64,000 bases of DNA from a virus, in IMG/VR virus record IMGVR_UViG_3300032092_000005, positions 88,321-152,320 of that record; one strand, 5' to 3'. Under the pieces are notes generated by a model. That model was not told the DNA's origin and did no database searches. It saw nothing but the letters and a program-made list of their open reading frames with translations. Shown here piece by piece: positions 50,183 to 59,676 of the stretch (within the stretch, counting starts at the first letter, position 1; each line of letters starts with the position of its first letter). A program made the position numbers and the translations under genes.

Positions 50183-50202
50183 CACTATTATTATGAGGTA
50201 TA

Positions 50203-51144
50203 TTGATGATTGAAGATTTCTTGTGGGTCGAGAAGTATCGCCCTAAGACTGTAGAAGAGACTATTCTTCCTGCTGATCTTAAAACTACATTCGCAAAATT
50301 CGTGTCAAATGGGAATATTCCTAATTTGATTCTGACTGGTGGTGCTGGCGTTGGTAAGACTACTATAGCTAGAGCAATGCTTGAAGAACTTGGGTGTTCT
50401 TATATCGTAATCAACGGATCGATGAACGGTAACATCGATACTCTGCGGAATGAAATTAAAAATTTCGCATCTACTATGTCATTTAAAGGCGGTCGTAAAT
50501 ATGTTATCCTGGATGAAGCAGACTATCTCAACCCTACTAGCACACAGCCAGCTTTGCGCAACTTCATGGAAGAGTTTTCTGCTAATTGTGGCTTTATCCT
50601 TACTTGCAACTTTCTTAATCGTATCATCCAGCCTCTACATTCCAGATGCTCAGTCATTCAATTTAAGATAAGCAATACAGATAAGCCAAAGCTTGCTGCA
50701 CAATTCTTTAAGCGTGTTAGTGGCATTCTACAAAAAGAAGGTATTGAGTTTGAGCCTCCTGTTGTTGCAGAAGTAATCAAGAAGCACTTCCCAGATTGGC
50801 GTAGGGTGTTGAATGAACTTCAACGCTATTCTGCTACAGGTAAGATTGACACTGGCATTCTATCTAATGTCATTGAGGTGTCTATCAAGAATCTTCTTGA
50901 TACTCTTAGGTCGAAAGACTTCTCTACAATGCGCAAGTGGGTTAATGAAAACAATGACAATGATTCATCGGTGATCTTCCGTAACCTGTTTGATAACATC
51001 CTAGAGTACATTGAGCCAGCATCCGTGCCTGTGTTCATTATGCTCCTGTCTGAGTATCAATACAAAGCTGCATTTGTTGCTAATCCTGAAATCAATATGG
51101 CTGCATTCTTGACAGAGGTCATGGCATCGTGTGAAATCAAATGA
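50203..51144 (+). CDS. gp44: Clamp loader large subunit gp44
   Basis: WVEKYRP, GGAGVGKTT, ILDEAD, SRC motif. Confidence 0.96.
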   Translation: MMIEDFLWVEKYRPKTVEETILPADLKTTFAKFVSNGNIPNLILTGGAGVGKTTIARAMLEELGCSYIVINGSMNGNIDTLRNEIKNFASTMSFKGGRKYVILDEADYLNPTSTQPALRNFMEEFSANCGFILTCNFLNRIIQPLHSRCSVIQFKISNTDKPKLAAQFFKRVSGILQKEGIEFEPPVVAEVIKKHFPDWRRVLNELQRYSATGKIDTGILSNVIEVSIKNLLDTLRSKDFSTMRKWVNENNDNDSSVIFRNLFDNILEYIEPASVPVFIMLLSEYQYKAAFVANPEINMAAFLTEVMASCEIK

Positions 51145-51617
51145 CACAAACAAAAGAAGTTAAAATGCAGATGCTTGGCAACTACGGTGAACGAATCGTA
51201 GGTGAAGTACTGCGTTCTATTGGATATGATGTAGTCTATTCAGATGATCCCTATGACAGAACTAAAGATATGACTGTCAATGGATCGACTGTTGAGATTA
51301 AGACTCAAGTTCCATTCTATTCAGAAAAAGCATTCTCTATTAGTGCTAAACAATTGAGAAAATGTAATAGTGTTGACTATGTTGTATTTGTTGCAGTTCC
51401 TTCAATGAGCATGACTAGTATTGGTCGTGGTAACTCTATTGATGGCAACATCTATACAGTAGACCCACAGATAGCTAAATGGCGCAGTCGGACTACAAAC
51501 GATGGCCGTTCAATGTATTTGATGGATATCAATCAGCCTGGAGTAACACTATGTCACAAAATAACAAATCAAAAAATTCTGAACAGTCTAACAAAGCTAA
51601 CAACAAGCAAAGCATAG
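51141..51617 (+). CDS. Putative PD-(D/E)XK endonuclease inserted between gp44 and gp62
   Basis: G..GE helix, then D-M...V-E-I-K catalytic pattern (KDMTVNGSTVEIKTQ). Confidence 0.6.
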   Translation: MTQTKEVKMQMLGNYGERIVGEVLRSIGYDVVYSDDPYDRTKDMTVNGSTVEIKTQVPFYSEKAFSISAKQLRKCNSVDYVVFVAVPSMSMTSIGRGNSIDGNIYTVDPQIAKWRSRTTNDGRSMYLMDINQPGVTLCHKITNQKILNSLTKLTTSKA

Positions 51618-52027
51618 TCTTAGATGGAGTTGAGTACGATCCGTTTTCTCTCCTGAAGATTGTTTCACACACTAAAAAAGATCCATTCAAAGACTTGGAG
51701 AACCCAGAACTCCTAGACAAATACTACAAAGAAAAGTGTGCATGGATCATTAACACTGGACTATCCCTGTTTCCTGATTCGATTCTGGCTGCTAATGAAA
51801 TGAACCGAAGTTCCCATCTAGACGGAAGACTTCAATTCACGTATTTACTAAATACTCTTAGACCTAGGAATAGGTACGAGAAGTGGTTGAAAAATCGTGT
51901 GTCGCAAGAAGTTAAAGACGTTTCGGAATATTATGGTTACAACATTACCAAAGCCAAAGAAGCACTTAAGATTCTCTCCGATGAAGATTTAAAGATCATT
52001 CATACTAAATTAGAAAAAGGTGGATAG
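51551..52027 (+). CDS. gp62: Clamp loader small subunit gp62
   Basis: IINTGLSLFPDSILAANEMN, LQF.YLLN.LR, YYGY...KAKEAL; ATG 51551 with GGAG upstream. Confidence 0.88.
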   Translation: MSQNNKSKNSEQSNKANNKQSIVLDGVEYDPFSLLKIVSHTKKDPFKDLENPELLDKYYKEKCAWIINTGLSLFPDSILAANEMNRSSHLDGRLQFTYLLNTLRPRNRYEKWLKNRVSQEVKDVSEYYGYNITKAKEALKILSDEDLKIIHTKLEKGG

Positions 52028-52044
52028 AACACCGGGGAGATGTT

Positions 52045-52449
52045 ATGGACATTGAAAGATTATTGGAGATCACTCTTGCTGAAAAAGATGATTTCCTAAA
52101 GGTAAGAGAAACTCTTACTAGAATTGGAGTGGCTTCAAGAAAAGAAAACAAATTGTTCCAGTCGTGCCACATTCTCCACAAGCGTGGTAAATATTACATT
52201 GTACATTTTAAAGAGTTGTTTGCACTAGATGGTAAAGACACAGACTTTGATGAAGATGACTTGGGTAGACGGAACACTATTGCGAACTTGTTGGCTGAAT
52301 GGGGATTGCTTAAGATTGTTGATCCTGAAAAATCAAAAGACCCTATCGCACCTCTGTCACACATCAAAGTAATTTCATATTCCGAAAGAACAAAATGGGA
52401 GCTTGTTACTAAATATAGTATCGGTAGCAACACTAGAAGGATAAATTAA
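52045..52449 (+). CDS. regA: Translational repressor RegA
   Basis: DFLKVRETLTRIG, QSCHILHKRGKYYIVHFKELF. Confidence 0.97.
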   Translation: MDIERLLEITLAEKDDFLKVRETLTRIGVASRKENKLFQSCHILHKRGKYYIVHFKELFALDGKDTDFDEDDLGRRNTIANLLAEWGLLKIVDPEKSKDPIAPLSHIKVISYSERTKWELVTKYSIGSNTRRIN

Positions 52450-52450
52450 A

Positions 52451-52885
52451 ATGGAAGAACTAATTCAAGCACTCAAAGTAAATTTGGCAACACACTTTTC
52501 ATTTTACTTAAAGACGCAATACTACCACTGGAATGTCACTGGTCCAAATTTCTTTCAATATCACACAATGCTACAAGGCATCTATGAAGAAGTTTATGGT
52601 GTAGTGGACCAACTTGCAGAAGAGATTCGCGCATTAGATGCATATGCTCCAGGTAGCTTCAAAAGATATGGCGAATTATCTCTGATTAAAGATGATGAAA
52701 CAGTTCCTCCAGCTGAGGCAATGTTCAGTAATTTGCTTTACGATATTGTGTTAGTCCAAAACAATATCAAAGCCGTTTATGATCTAGCAGAGCAAAACGG
52801 ACTGCACAATCTTTCCAATCTTATGGCAGAACGCCAAGATGCGTTTCGAAAACACGCATGGTTTCTAAAAGCAACGTTGAAGTGA
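52451..52885 (+). CDS. dps: Dps / ferritin-like protein
   Basis: HWNVTGPNFFQYH, D.LAEEIR ferroxidase motifs, KHAW.L. Confidence 0.92.
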   Translation: MEELIQALKVNLATHFSFYLKTQYYHWNVTGPNFFQYHTMLQGIYEEVYGVVDQLAEEIRALDAYAPGSFKRYGELSLIKDDETVPPAEAMFSNLLYDIVLVQNNIKAVYDLAEQNGLHNLSNLMAERQDAFRKHAWFLKATLK

Positions 52886-52886
52886 C

Positions 52887-52915
52887 TTGACAAACGTTGA
52901 AAAATATGAGATAAT
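52887..52915 (+). promoter_or_regulatory. sigma70-type promoter
   Basis: TTGACA-17 nt-GATAAT with an extended TG. Confidence 0.75.
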
Positions 52916-52979
52916 GTTATCTCACTATCGCTAAGGAAACTTAGTTTTTTATTATTAAATACTCGAAAGGTATATTATT

Positions 52980-53207
52980 ATGGCATTTGTAAAATCAAAC
53001 AAAACTCAGGCAGAACTCTTGATATCGTATTTGCGCGGCAAGGGCCGTGGCATTACTGCACCTCAAGCTAACGCATTGTTCGGCGTAAAGAATCTACGCG
53101 CACGTATGAGCGACCTCCGCATGGAAGGCTTCAAGGTTCGCACTTCTCTAAACACAGAAGGACGTACAAAATATTACGTATCACGCCGTAAAATCGGTCA
53201 AGCCTGA
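52980..53207 (+). CDS. Small winged helix-turn-helix DNA-binding protein
   Basis: TQ..L...L....GIT..QA..LFGVKNLRARMSDLR.EG..V pattern. Confidence 0.75.
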   Translation: MAFVKSNKTQAELLISYLRGKGRGITAPQANALFGVKNLRARMSDLRMEGFKVRTSLNTEGRTKYYVSRRKIGQA

Positions 53208-53215
53208 TATAAATA
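53208..53215 (+). promoter_or_regulatory. Late promoter TATAAATA (structured leader/hsp20)
   Basis: Exact consensus. Confidence 0.75.
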
Positions 53216-53220
53216 ATAAT

Positions 53221-53420
53221 TCTCAGGGATGGGAAGATAGGCTGGTACCCTATTCAATCACTACCAAAGAACCCACCTTAGGGCTGTTGTCGCCAACGGT
53301 AATTGGCGTCCGAGCAATTGAACTGCACCGCGTTAGTGTGCCCTGTATAAAGTAAGCAGGACAATCCGCATTGCCTTCGGGGGTGCATACAAAACTTAAC
53401 TCGCTTAATAGGAGAAAACT
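53221..53420 (+). ncRNA. Structured cis-regulatory RNA leader of hsp20 (manA-motif-like candidate plus ROSE-like thermometer)
   Basis: GC-rich non-coding island with several hairpins, potential pseudoknots, a C(UUCG)G tetraloop and UCGCU pairing with the AGGAG SD. Confidence 0.6.
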
Positions 53421-53915
53421 ATGACAGACTTTAAAATCGGTAAAATCTCATTTGGTCCAGCATTCAAAGACTTTGATAAATATTTCGTAGGCTTTGAAGA
53501 TCAACTGAACCACATGCAAAAGCTTCACGCTGATGTAACAAAACACATTCCCGGATATCCTCCATACAACATCAAGAAGACTGGTGATAATACATACAGT
53601 ATTGAACTTGCGGTTGCTGGATTCGCACAAAGCGAAATTGATATCGAAATTGATGATGGTAAACTTATCGTCAAAGGCAATGTAGCTTCAAAAGAAAATG
53701 AAAAAGAAGAAGACTTCTTATTCAAAGGTATTGCTAATCGTGGGTTCACTCGCGCATTCGCTATCGCTGATCAATTTGAAGTTAAAGACGCAGAGCTATT
53801 CAATGGTATGCTAAAGATCGTTTTAGATCGTTTGGTGCCAGAAGAAAAGAAGCCAAAAAAAGTGCCAGTAAAGACTAAAGGCAGCAAGCAATATTTGACG
53901 GAAGAAGATTTATGA
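53421..53915 (+). CDS. hsp20: Small heat shock protein (IbpA/Hsp20)
   Basis: YPPYNI, IELAVAGF, KGIANRGF.R.F, A.L.NGML. Confidence 0.95.
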   Translation: MTDFKIGKISFGPAFKDFDKYFVGFEDQLNHMQKLHADVTKHIPGYPPYNIKKTGDNTYSIELAVAGFAQSEIDIEIDDGKLIVKGNVASKENEKEEDFLFKGIANRGFTRAFAIADQFEVKDAELFNGMLKIVLDRLVPEEKKPKKVPVKTKGSKQYLTEEDL

Positions 53916-54082
53916 TAACTACTATCTTAAATTCACTTTCAAATGTCGTATCATTTATTTTACGTGACAGAACTCAGACATTAGAGCAATACATCATTGC
54001 AAATAATCCTCAGGACGCCGCAGAAGTAGAATATTTAGAACGCCAATACAGTATGCGTAATTCACTAGGAAGACTTATCTAA
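53912..54082 (+). CDS. Small hypothetical protein (56 aa)
   Basis: MITTILNS...LEQYIIANNPQDAAEVEYLERQY; ATGA coupling to hsp20; followed by a terminator. Confidence 0.6.
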   Translation: MITTILNSLSNVVSFILRDRTQTLEQYIIANNPQDAAEVEYLERQYSMRNSLGRLI

Positions 54083-54099
54083 TAGTGAACAACACACAA

Positions 54100-54123
54100 G
54101 GGTGCCACTCGGCACCCATTTTT
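54100..54123 (+). terminator. Rho-independent terminator
   Basis: GGGTGCC-ACTC-GGCACCC followed by ATTTTT. Confidence 0.8.
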
Positions 54124-54139
54124 ATTATAGGATTATAAA

Positions 54140-54439
54140 ATGAGCGAACTTAGAATTTTAAAATTGATTTCTGGTGAAGAAATTGTCGGTGATATTTTAT
54201 CAGACACCGCAGATGGTGTACTAATTCAAGACCCATGCAGTTTAGGACTTATGCAAAGTCCAACAGGCCCAAGACTAAACATGATGCCGATGTTAATTTT
54301 CTCTGAACAGAAAAAGGTACAACTTCAAAAATCACACATCATCTACATAGTTACGGTTGCACAAGAGATACAAAACAAGTATAATGAGATATACGGTTCA
54401 GGAATCATCCTGCCAAAACCATCGGCAATTATTAAATAA
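54140..54439 (+). CDS. Hypothetical protein (Sm-like fold candidate)
   Basis: ILKLISGEEIVG; conserved slot before gp43. Confidence 0.75.
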   Translation: MSELRILKLISGEEIVGDILSDTADGVLIQDPCSLGLMQSPTGPRLNMMPMLIFSEQKKVQLQKSHIIYIVTVAQEIQNKYNEIYGSGIILPKPSAIIK

Positions 54440-56937
54440 TGAAATTTTATACAAACTTTAGCAAGTACGGCAACACAATCCTCGTCCGAGGTTACGACAA
54501 CGGACGTAGGTTTGCAGAAAGATTGAACTACAATCCTACGCTATACTTGCCATCGCGTGAAGCAACCAAATTCACTACACTAGATGGCTCATATGTTGCT
54601 CCTGTAAAGCAGGGTACAATGAGTGACGCAATGGAGTTTGTTAAAAAATATGATAGTGTCGATAACTTTTCTATCTATGGATCAACTAACTTTCAATACG
54701 TATGCATTGATGAAGAATATCCAGGTAAGCTTGACTATGATCGGTCGTTGATCAGAGTTGCAAACATTGACATTGAGGTTGGCTCAGAGAATGGATTTCC
54801 TGAGCCTGCTAGTGCTAGTGAAGTAATCACTGCAATTACTTTCAAGATTGATGACCACTATCATGTGTTCGGTTGTGAATTCTTTATGCATGAACGCAAA
54901 GATGTTACTTACTACGAATGTAACAATGAAGTTGCATTGATCATGAAGTTTCTTGAGCTATGGGAAATCACTTCACCTGATATTGTGACTGGTTGGAATG
55001 TCCAGTTCTTTGATATTCCATATCTTATCAATCGGATCAATCGACTTCTTGGTGAAGAAACTGCAAAGCGCCTGTCTCCTTGGAAGCGTATCAGTACTCG
55101 CAACGCAATAATCATGAACCGTGAGGAGATTGAGTATGAACTTGTTGGAATTACGGTGCTTGACTACCTTAAGCTATACAAGAAGTTTACTTACTCACAA
55201 CAAGAAAGCTTTAGACTAGATCACATCGCATTCATTGAACTCGGTGAACGCAAGCTCGACTATTCTGAGGTAGAGAATCTACACCAACTGTACAAGACAA
55301 ACTTTCAAAAGTTTATTGAGTACAACATTCATGACGTTGAACTTGTTGACAGAATTGACAATAAGATGCAATTGATTGACATGGCACTTGCACTTGCATA
55401 TGACGCTAAGGTGAACTACGGTGACGTATTCACGCAGGTGCGCATGTGGGACACATTGATTCACAATGAACTGCTAGAGCGTGGCATTGTTGTGCCGCAG
55501 AACGTTAGCACTCCAAAGAATGCGCAGTATGCTGGTGGTTATGTTAAAGATCCAATTGTTGGCAAGCATGAATGGGTTGTGTCATTTGACTTGAACAGTC
55601 TGTACCCGCACTTGATCATGCAGTATAATATTTCTCCTGAGACACTGGTGCAAGGCAAGCATGTTTCTATTACAGTTGATAATTTACTGAACAGCAAATA
55701 TGACATTGAAGATGAATATTGCATGGCAGCAAACGGACACTTCTTTAAGCGTGACAAGCAAGGCTTCTTGCCTGCAATGATGGAACGCATGTACAATGAC
55801 CGATCAATGTACAAAAAGAAAATGATTCAATCTCAGAAAGACTATGAAGCAGCAACTACTCCTGAAGCAAAGCGCAAAGAGAGCTATCAGATTTCGAAAT
55901 ACAAGAATCTCCAGTTAGCTAAGAAGGTTCAATTGAACTCAGCTTACGGTGCATTAGGCAATGAGTACTTTCGATTCTTTGACATTCGCCAAGCAGAAGC
56001 TATTACTCTATCTGGTCAGTTAGCTATTCGTTGGATTGAAAATGAAATGAATGGATACCTGAACAAACTTCTAAGCACAGAAAACGTTGACTATGTTATT
56101 GCATCCGATACTGATTCGATCTATGTACACCTTGGTCCTCTTGTGCAAAAGGTGTACGGTGCTGATGGCAAAGTTTCTATTCCAAAAGAAAAGATTGTAG
56201 AGTTTATCGACAAGGTGTGTGAGCAAAAGCTTCAACCGTTTATTGATAAGTCATACCAAAAGCTTGCTGATAACATGAATGCATTTGATCAAAAGATGCA
56301 GATGAAACGTGAATCGATTGCAGACACTGGAATCTGGACTGCAAAGAAGCGATACATCCTGAACGTATGGGATAATGAAGGTGTTCGCTATGCAAAGCCT
56401 AAGCTTAAGATGATGGGTATCGAAGCAGTGAAGTCTTCTACACCAGCATCATGCCGTGATAAGATTAAAGAAGCACTTGAGTTGATCATAACTGGTACCG
56501 AAAAAGAGTTTCAAGCATTCAATGCAAAATTCAAAGAAGAGTTTAAGACACTGCCATTTGAATCGGTTGCGTTTCCTAGAGGCGTAAGTGAGTTGACTAA
56601 ATATAGTGATAACGTGTCGCTATACGGCAAAGGTACTCCTATTCATGTTCGTGGTTCTCTAGTGTATAACAACCTATTGAAGAAGCATAAGCTTGAGAAG
56701 AGATATCAGCCTATCAAAGATGGCGACAAAGTTAAATTTTGCTATATGAAAGTTCCAAACCCAACACAAGAAAATGTCCTGTCCGTAGTGAACATGTTGC
56801 CAAAAGAAATGCAGCTTGAGAAGTATATTGATTATGATCTGCAATTCGATAAAGCTTACATTGATCCTATGAAAAGCATTGTGACTACGTTCGGATGGAA
56901 TACGGAACATAAATCAAACTTACTAGGATTTTTCTAA
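54439..56937 (+). CDS. gp43: Family B DNA polymerase gp43
   Basis: DIEV exonuclease motif, SFDLNSLYPH, KVQLNSAYG, ASDTDS, KKRY; no intein apparent. Confidence 0.98.
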   Translation: MKFYTNFSKYGNTILVRGYDNGRRFAERLNYNPTLYLPSREATKFTTLDGSYVAPVKQGTMSDAMEFVKKYDSVDNFSIYGSTNFQYVCIDEEYPGKLDYDRSLIRVANIDIEVGSENGFPEPASASEVITAITFKIDDHYHVFGCEFFMHERKDVTYYECNNEVALIMKFLELWEITSPDIVTGWNVQFFDIPYLINRINRLLGEETAKRLSPWKRISTRNAIIMNREEIEYELVGITVLDYLKLYKKFTYSQQESFRLDHIAFIELGERKLDYSEVENLHQLYKTNFQKFIEYNIHDVELVDRIDNKMQLIDMALALAYDAKVNYGDVFTQVRMWDTLIHNELLERGIVVPQNVSTPKNAQYAGGYVKDPIVGKHEWVVSFDLNSLYPHLIMQYNISPETLVQGKHVSITVDNLLNSKYDIEDEYCMAANGHFFKRDKQGFLPAMMERMYNDRSMYKKKMIQSQKDYEAATTPEAKRKESYQISKYKNLQLAKKVQLNSAYGALGNEYFRFFDIRQAEAITLSGQLAIRWIENEMNGYLNKLLSTENVDYVIASDTDSIYVHLGPLVQKVYGADGKVSIPKEKIVEFIDKVCEQKLQPFIDKSYQKLADNMNAFDQKMQMKRESIADTGIWTAKKRYILNVWDNEGVRYAKPKLKMMGIEAVKSSTPASCRDKIKEALELIITGTEKEFQAFNAKFKEEFKTLPFESVAFPRGVSELTKYSDNVSLYGKGTPIHVRGSLVYNNLLKKHKLEKRYQPIKDGDKVKFCYMKVPNPTQENVLSVVNMLPKEMQLEKYIDYDLQFDKAYIDPMKSIVTTFGWNTEHKSNLLGFF

Positions 56938-57338
56938 TGTCAAACATACCACAAGAGTATCTAACAATTCGCCATGAAGAAGATTTTGGATTTAGCGCAG
57001 TAGATGAAATTGAACTCAAGCAGGTCACCGACACAAACACGCTAGAGACAAAGGTCATTCGTGAAACTGTATCGTCATCAAGCGAAGCAGTCACTCGCCT
57101 TGAAGAGAAGGTCGATTCTATTCTACAGCTATACAAAGATGGCAAGCTAGGGCTAGAAGCCGAACGCACAGAGTTATTAGCTACAACTTCAGGCAAGCTA
57201 AAAGAGCTAGAGCAAATTATTATGCCTTTGCTTATCAATCTAATGAAGACGCCAGACAAAGAATACATTTACTGGCCCAATCGTAAAGATAAAATTCAAG
57301 AGCAGATCGACAAGATTCTAGCTATCACTAGGGCGTAA
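56937..57338 (+). CDS. Hypothetical protein
   Basis: 133 aa with DFGFSAV and YIYWPNR motifs. Confidence 0.75.
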   Translation: MSNIPQEYLTIRHEEDFGFSAVDEIELKQVTDTNTLETKVIRETVSSSSEAVTRLEEKVDSILQLYKDGKLGLEAERTELLATTSGKLKELEQIIMPLLINLMKTPDKEYIYWPNRKDKIQEQIDKILAITRA

Positions 57339-57339
57339 T

Positions 57340-58206
57340 ATGGGATTCGTTCTTCTATTATTTTTCAATGCATTGCTATTGTCTAGTATCGCAGCGTACT
57401 ATTCAATCGCAGGCTTGATTGCTATATTCTCAGCAGCACCTCTATCCATCGCAATGATGGGCGGTTCACTAGAGCTTGCTAAACTTGTAACAGTTAGTTG
57501 GCTCTATAGAAACTGGAATGATGCGCCTAGAATAATGAAATACTACTTCACCGTAGCAGTAGTCGTTTTGATGTTCATCACTTCATTAGGTATCTTTGGA
57601 TTCTTATCTAAAGCACACACTGAACAAGGAAGCGCAAACTCAAATATTACTGCACAGATTGAAATGATTGATGATAAGATAAGAGTTGAAAAGGAAATTA
57701 TTGATGATAATCGCAAAGCACTCAAACAACTTGATGAATCTGTGGACCAAACTATGGGTCGCACAAAAGATGAAAAGGGTGCCACTCAAGCATCTCAATT
57801 ACGCAAAGCCCAACAAAAAGAGCGTACTAGAATATCTTCGGATATTTCAGAAGCACGAAAGAAAATTGCAGAGTATAATGTGGAGAGATTTCCACTGGAA
57901 ACCGAAACCCGAAAGCTTGACGCCGAAGTTGGTCCAATCAAGTACATTGCAGCCTTGGTGTATAGCGAAAGCGAAAGCGAAGATGATAAAGCATCAATCG
58001 AAAGGGCTGTTCGATTTATAATCATACTGCTAGTTTCCGTTTTTGATCCGATGGCAGTCTTGCTAATCATTGCAGCTAACTACAATCTGAATCTTTTGGC
58101 ACGTAAGAGGGAGTATTTACAAACGGCAACTATCGATCCTATTCCAATGGAAAAGAAAGAAGTTGATGCACATAGGATGTACCATAGGGATCAAGACTCT
58201 ATGTAA
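57340..58206 (+). CDS. Membrane protein with a coiled coil
   Basis: Three N-terminal TM segments, a central coiled coil, EVGPIKYIA, and a fourth TM ending VFDP. Confidence 0.75.
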   Translation: MGFVLLLFFNALLLSSIAAYYSIAGLIAIFSAAPLSIAMMGGSLELAKLVTVSWLYRNWNDAPRIMKYYFTVAVVVLMFITSLGIFGFLSKAHTEQGSANSNITAQIEMIDDKIRVEKEIIDDNRKALKQLDESVDQTMGRTKDEKGATQASQLRKAQQKERTRISSDISEARKKIAEYNVERFPLETETRKLDAEVGPIKYIAALVYSESESEDDKASIERAVRFIIILLVSVFDPMAVLLIIAANYNLNLLARKREYLQTATIDPIPMEKKEVDAHRMYHRDQDSM

Positions 58207-58208
58207 AT

Positions 58209-58237
58209 TTGACAGGATAGGTTATTAATGATATAAT
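58209..58237 (+). promoter_or_regulatory. Consensus sigma70 promoter (uvsX operon)
   Basis: TTGACA-17 nt-TATAAT with an extended TG. Confidence 0.88.
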
Positions 58238-58271
58238 GTGTTTAGCGCATTTTTTATAAAGGTGAATAATA

Positions 58272-59345
58272 ATGGGTAATTTTTTTACAGACTTAGTTGA
58301 TCAGTTGAAAGATGAAGATACGAAAATTCTTGCTGATGGTGATGCGTCAGCAGAATTTAGTGGAAGCATTGACACTGGATCATACGCATTGAACGCACTG
58401 CTATCTGGCAGTATCTATGGTGGCGTTCCCAACAACAAAGTGACAGCATTCGCAGGTGAATCTTCAACAGGTAAAACGTTTTTTGTCTTGGGTGTTGTTA
58501 AGCAATTCTTAGATGACAATCCAGATGCTGGCGTAATTTACTTTGATTCCGAAGCAGCAGTCACAAAACACATGATGGAATCTAGAGGCGTAGATACGAA
58601 GCGGGTTGTTATCTCTGAGCCAGATACAATTCAGAAGTTCCGTCATACTGCACTCCAGATCATTGAGAAGTACGCAGCACAAAAAGAATCAGCACGTAAG
58701 CCTATGATGATGGTTCTAGATTCTCTTGGTCAGCTATCATCTACAAAAGAGATGGAAGACACCTCAGAAGGTAAAGAGACTAGGGACATGACAAAGAGCC
58801 AAACTCTTAAAGCTACATTCCGCGTATTGAATTTAAAGCTTGCTAAGATTGGTGTTCCTTTGCTTGTAACGAACCACGTTTATGATGTTGTCGGTGCATA
58901 CTTCCCAACTAAAGAAATGTCTGGTGGTTCTGGCTTGAAGTACACAGCATCCACAATCGTGTATCTGTCTAAGAAGAAAGACAAAGATGGCACAGATATT
59001 GTTGGTAACATTGTAAAAGCAAAGCTACAGAAAAGCAGACTAACAAAAGAAAATTCGTTTGTTGAAATTAAGATCACCTACAGCAAGGGCTTAGATCGCT
59101 ACTACGGACTGCTAGAAATTGCAGAGAAGTATGGCATCATTAAAAAAGTCTCTACTCGCTATGAGCTATCTAATGGCGTAAAGGTCTTCGGAAAGAATAT
59201 CAATGAAGAACCTGAAAAGTATTACACTAAAGAAATTCTAGACCAAATCGATGAAGCTTGCAAGAAAGAGTTCTTGTACGGACAAGATGTTATTGGCGGC
59301 GCAAGAGTTGATGAGGACGAAGCGGAGTTAGAACATGCTAATTGA
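58272..59345 (+). CDS. uvsX: RecA-like recombinase UvsX
   Basis: [29 protein letters not shown]. Confidence 0.96.
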   Translation: MGNFFTDLVDQLKDEDTKILADGDASAEFSGSIDTGSYALNALLSGSIYGGVPNNKVTAFAGESSTGKTFFVLGVVKQFLDDNPDAGVIYFDSEAAVTKHMMESRGVDTKRVVISEPDTIQKFRHTALQIIEKYAAQKESARKPMMMVLDSLGQLSSTKEMEDTSEGKETRDMTKSQTLKATFRVLNLKLAKIGVPLLVTNHVYDVVGAYFPTKEMSGGSGLKYTASTIVYLSKKKDKDGTDIVGNIVKAKLQKSRLTKENSFVEIKITYSKGLDRYYGLLEIAEKYGIIKKVSTRYELSNGVKVFGKNINEEPEKYYTKEILDQIDEACKKEFLYGQDVIGGARVDEDEAELEHAN

Positions 59346-59676
59346 TATCGACTATGCAGTTACTCAAGAGGATATCAAGTACAAAGACAAAGATGTTGTT
59401 GCAGCTATCGAAATTCTAAAAGGCGATTTTGCAAGTGTTAAGTTTTACTTCGGTGAGTTAAACTTTGCCGAAGAAGAGAATCCAGATGGTACCTTTTCAA
59501 TCAGCTTCAACTATGATATAATAGGTGAAGAGAACGAATGGCTTAGAGGAAAAGAAGAGTTCGAAGTGGTACTTGGTCGCATTTTAAACGACCTGCTAAG
59601 ACATTCCTTAGACATGGCACAACAGAGGTATGATAATGAGTCTGGAAAAGAAAATACTGAAACACATCCTGAATGA
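59335..59676 (+). CDS. Hypothetical protein at the gp40 position
   Basis: Acidic 113-aa ORF between uvsX and gp41, the slot of T4 gp40. Confidence 0.6.
   Translation: MLIDIDYAVTQEDIKYKDKDVVAAIEILKGDFASVKFYFGELNFAEEENPDGTFSISFNYDIIGEENEWLRGKEEFEVVLGRILNDLLRHSLDMAQQRYDNESGKENTETHPE

Noticed and set aside
51479-51550. ORF-track start for gp62 at 51479
   Set aside because: It would overlap the upstream gene by ~140 nt; ATG 51551 has a GGAG RBS and fits better.
53221-53390. tRNA or tmRNA in the hsp20 leader
   Set aside because: No cloverleaf, T-loop (TTCGA) or CCA end is recognisable.
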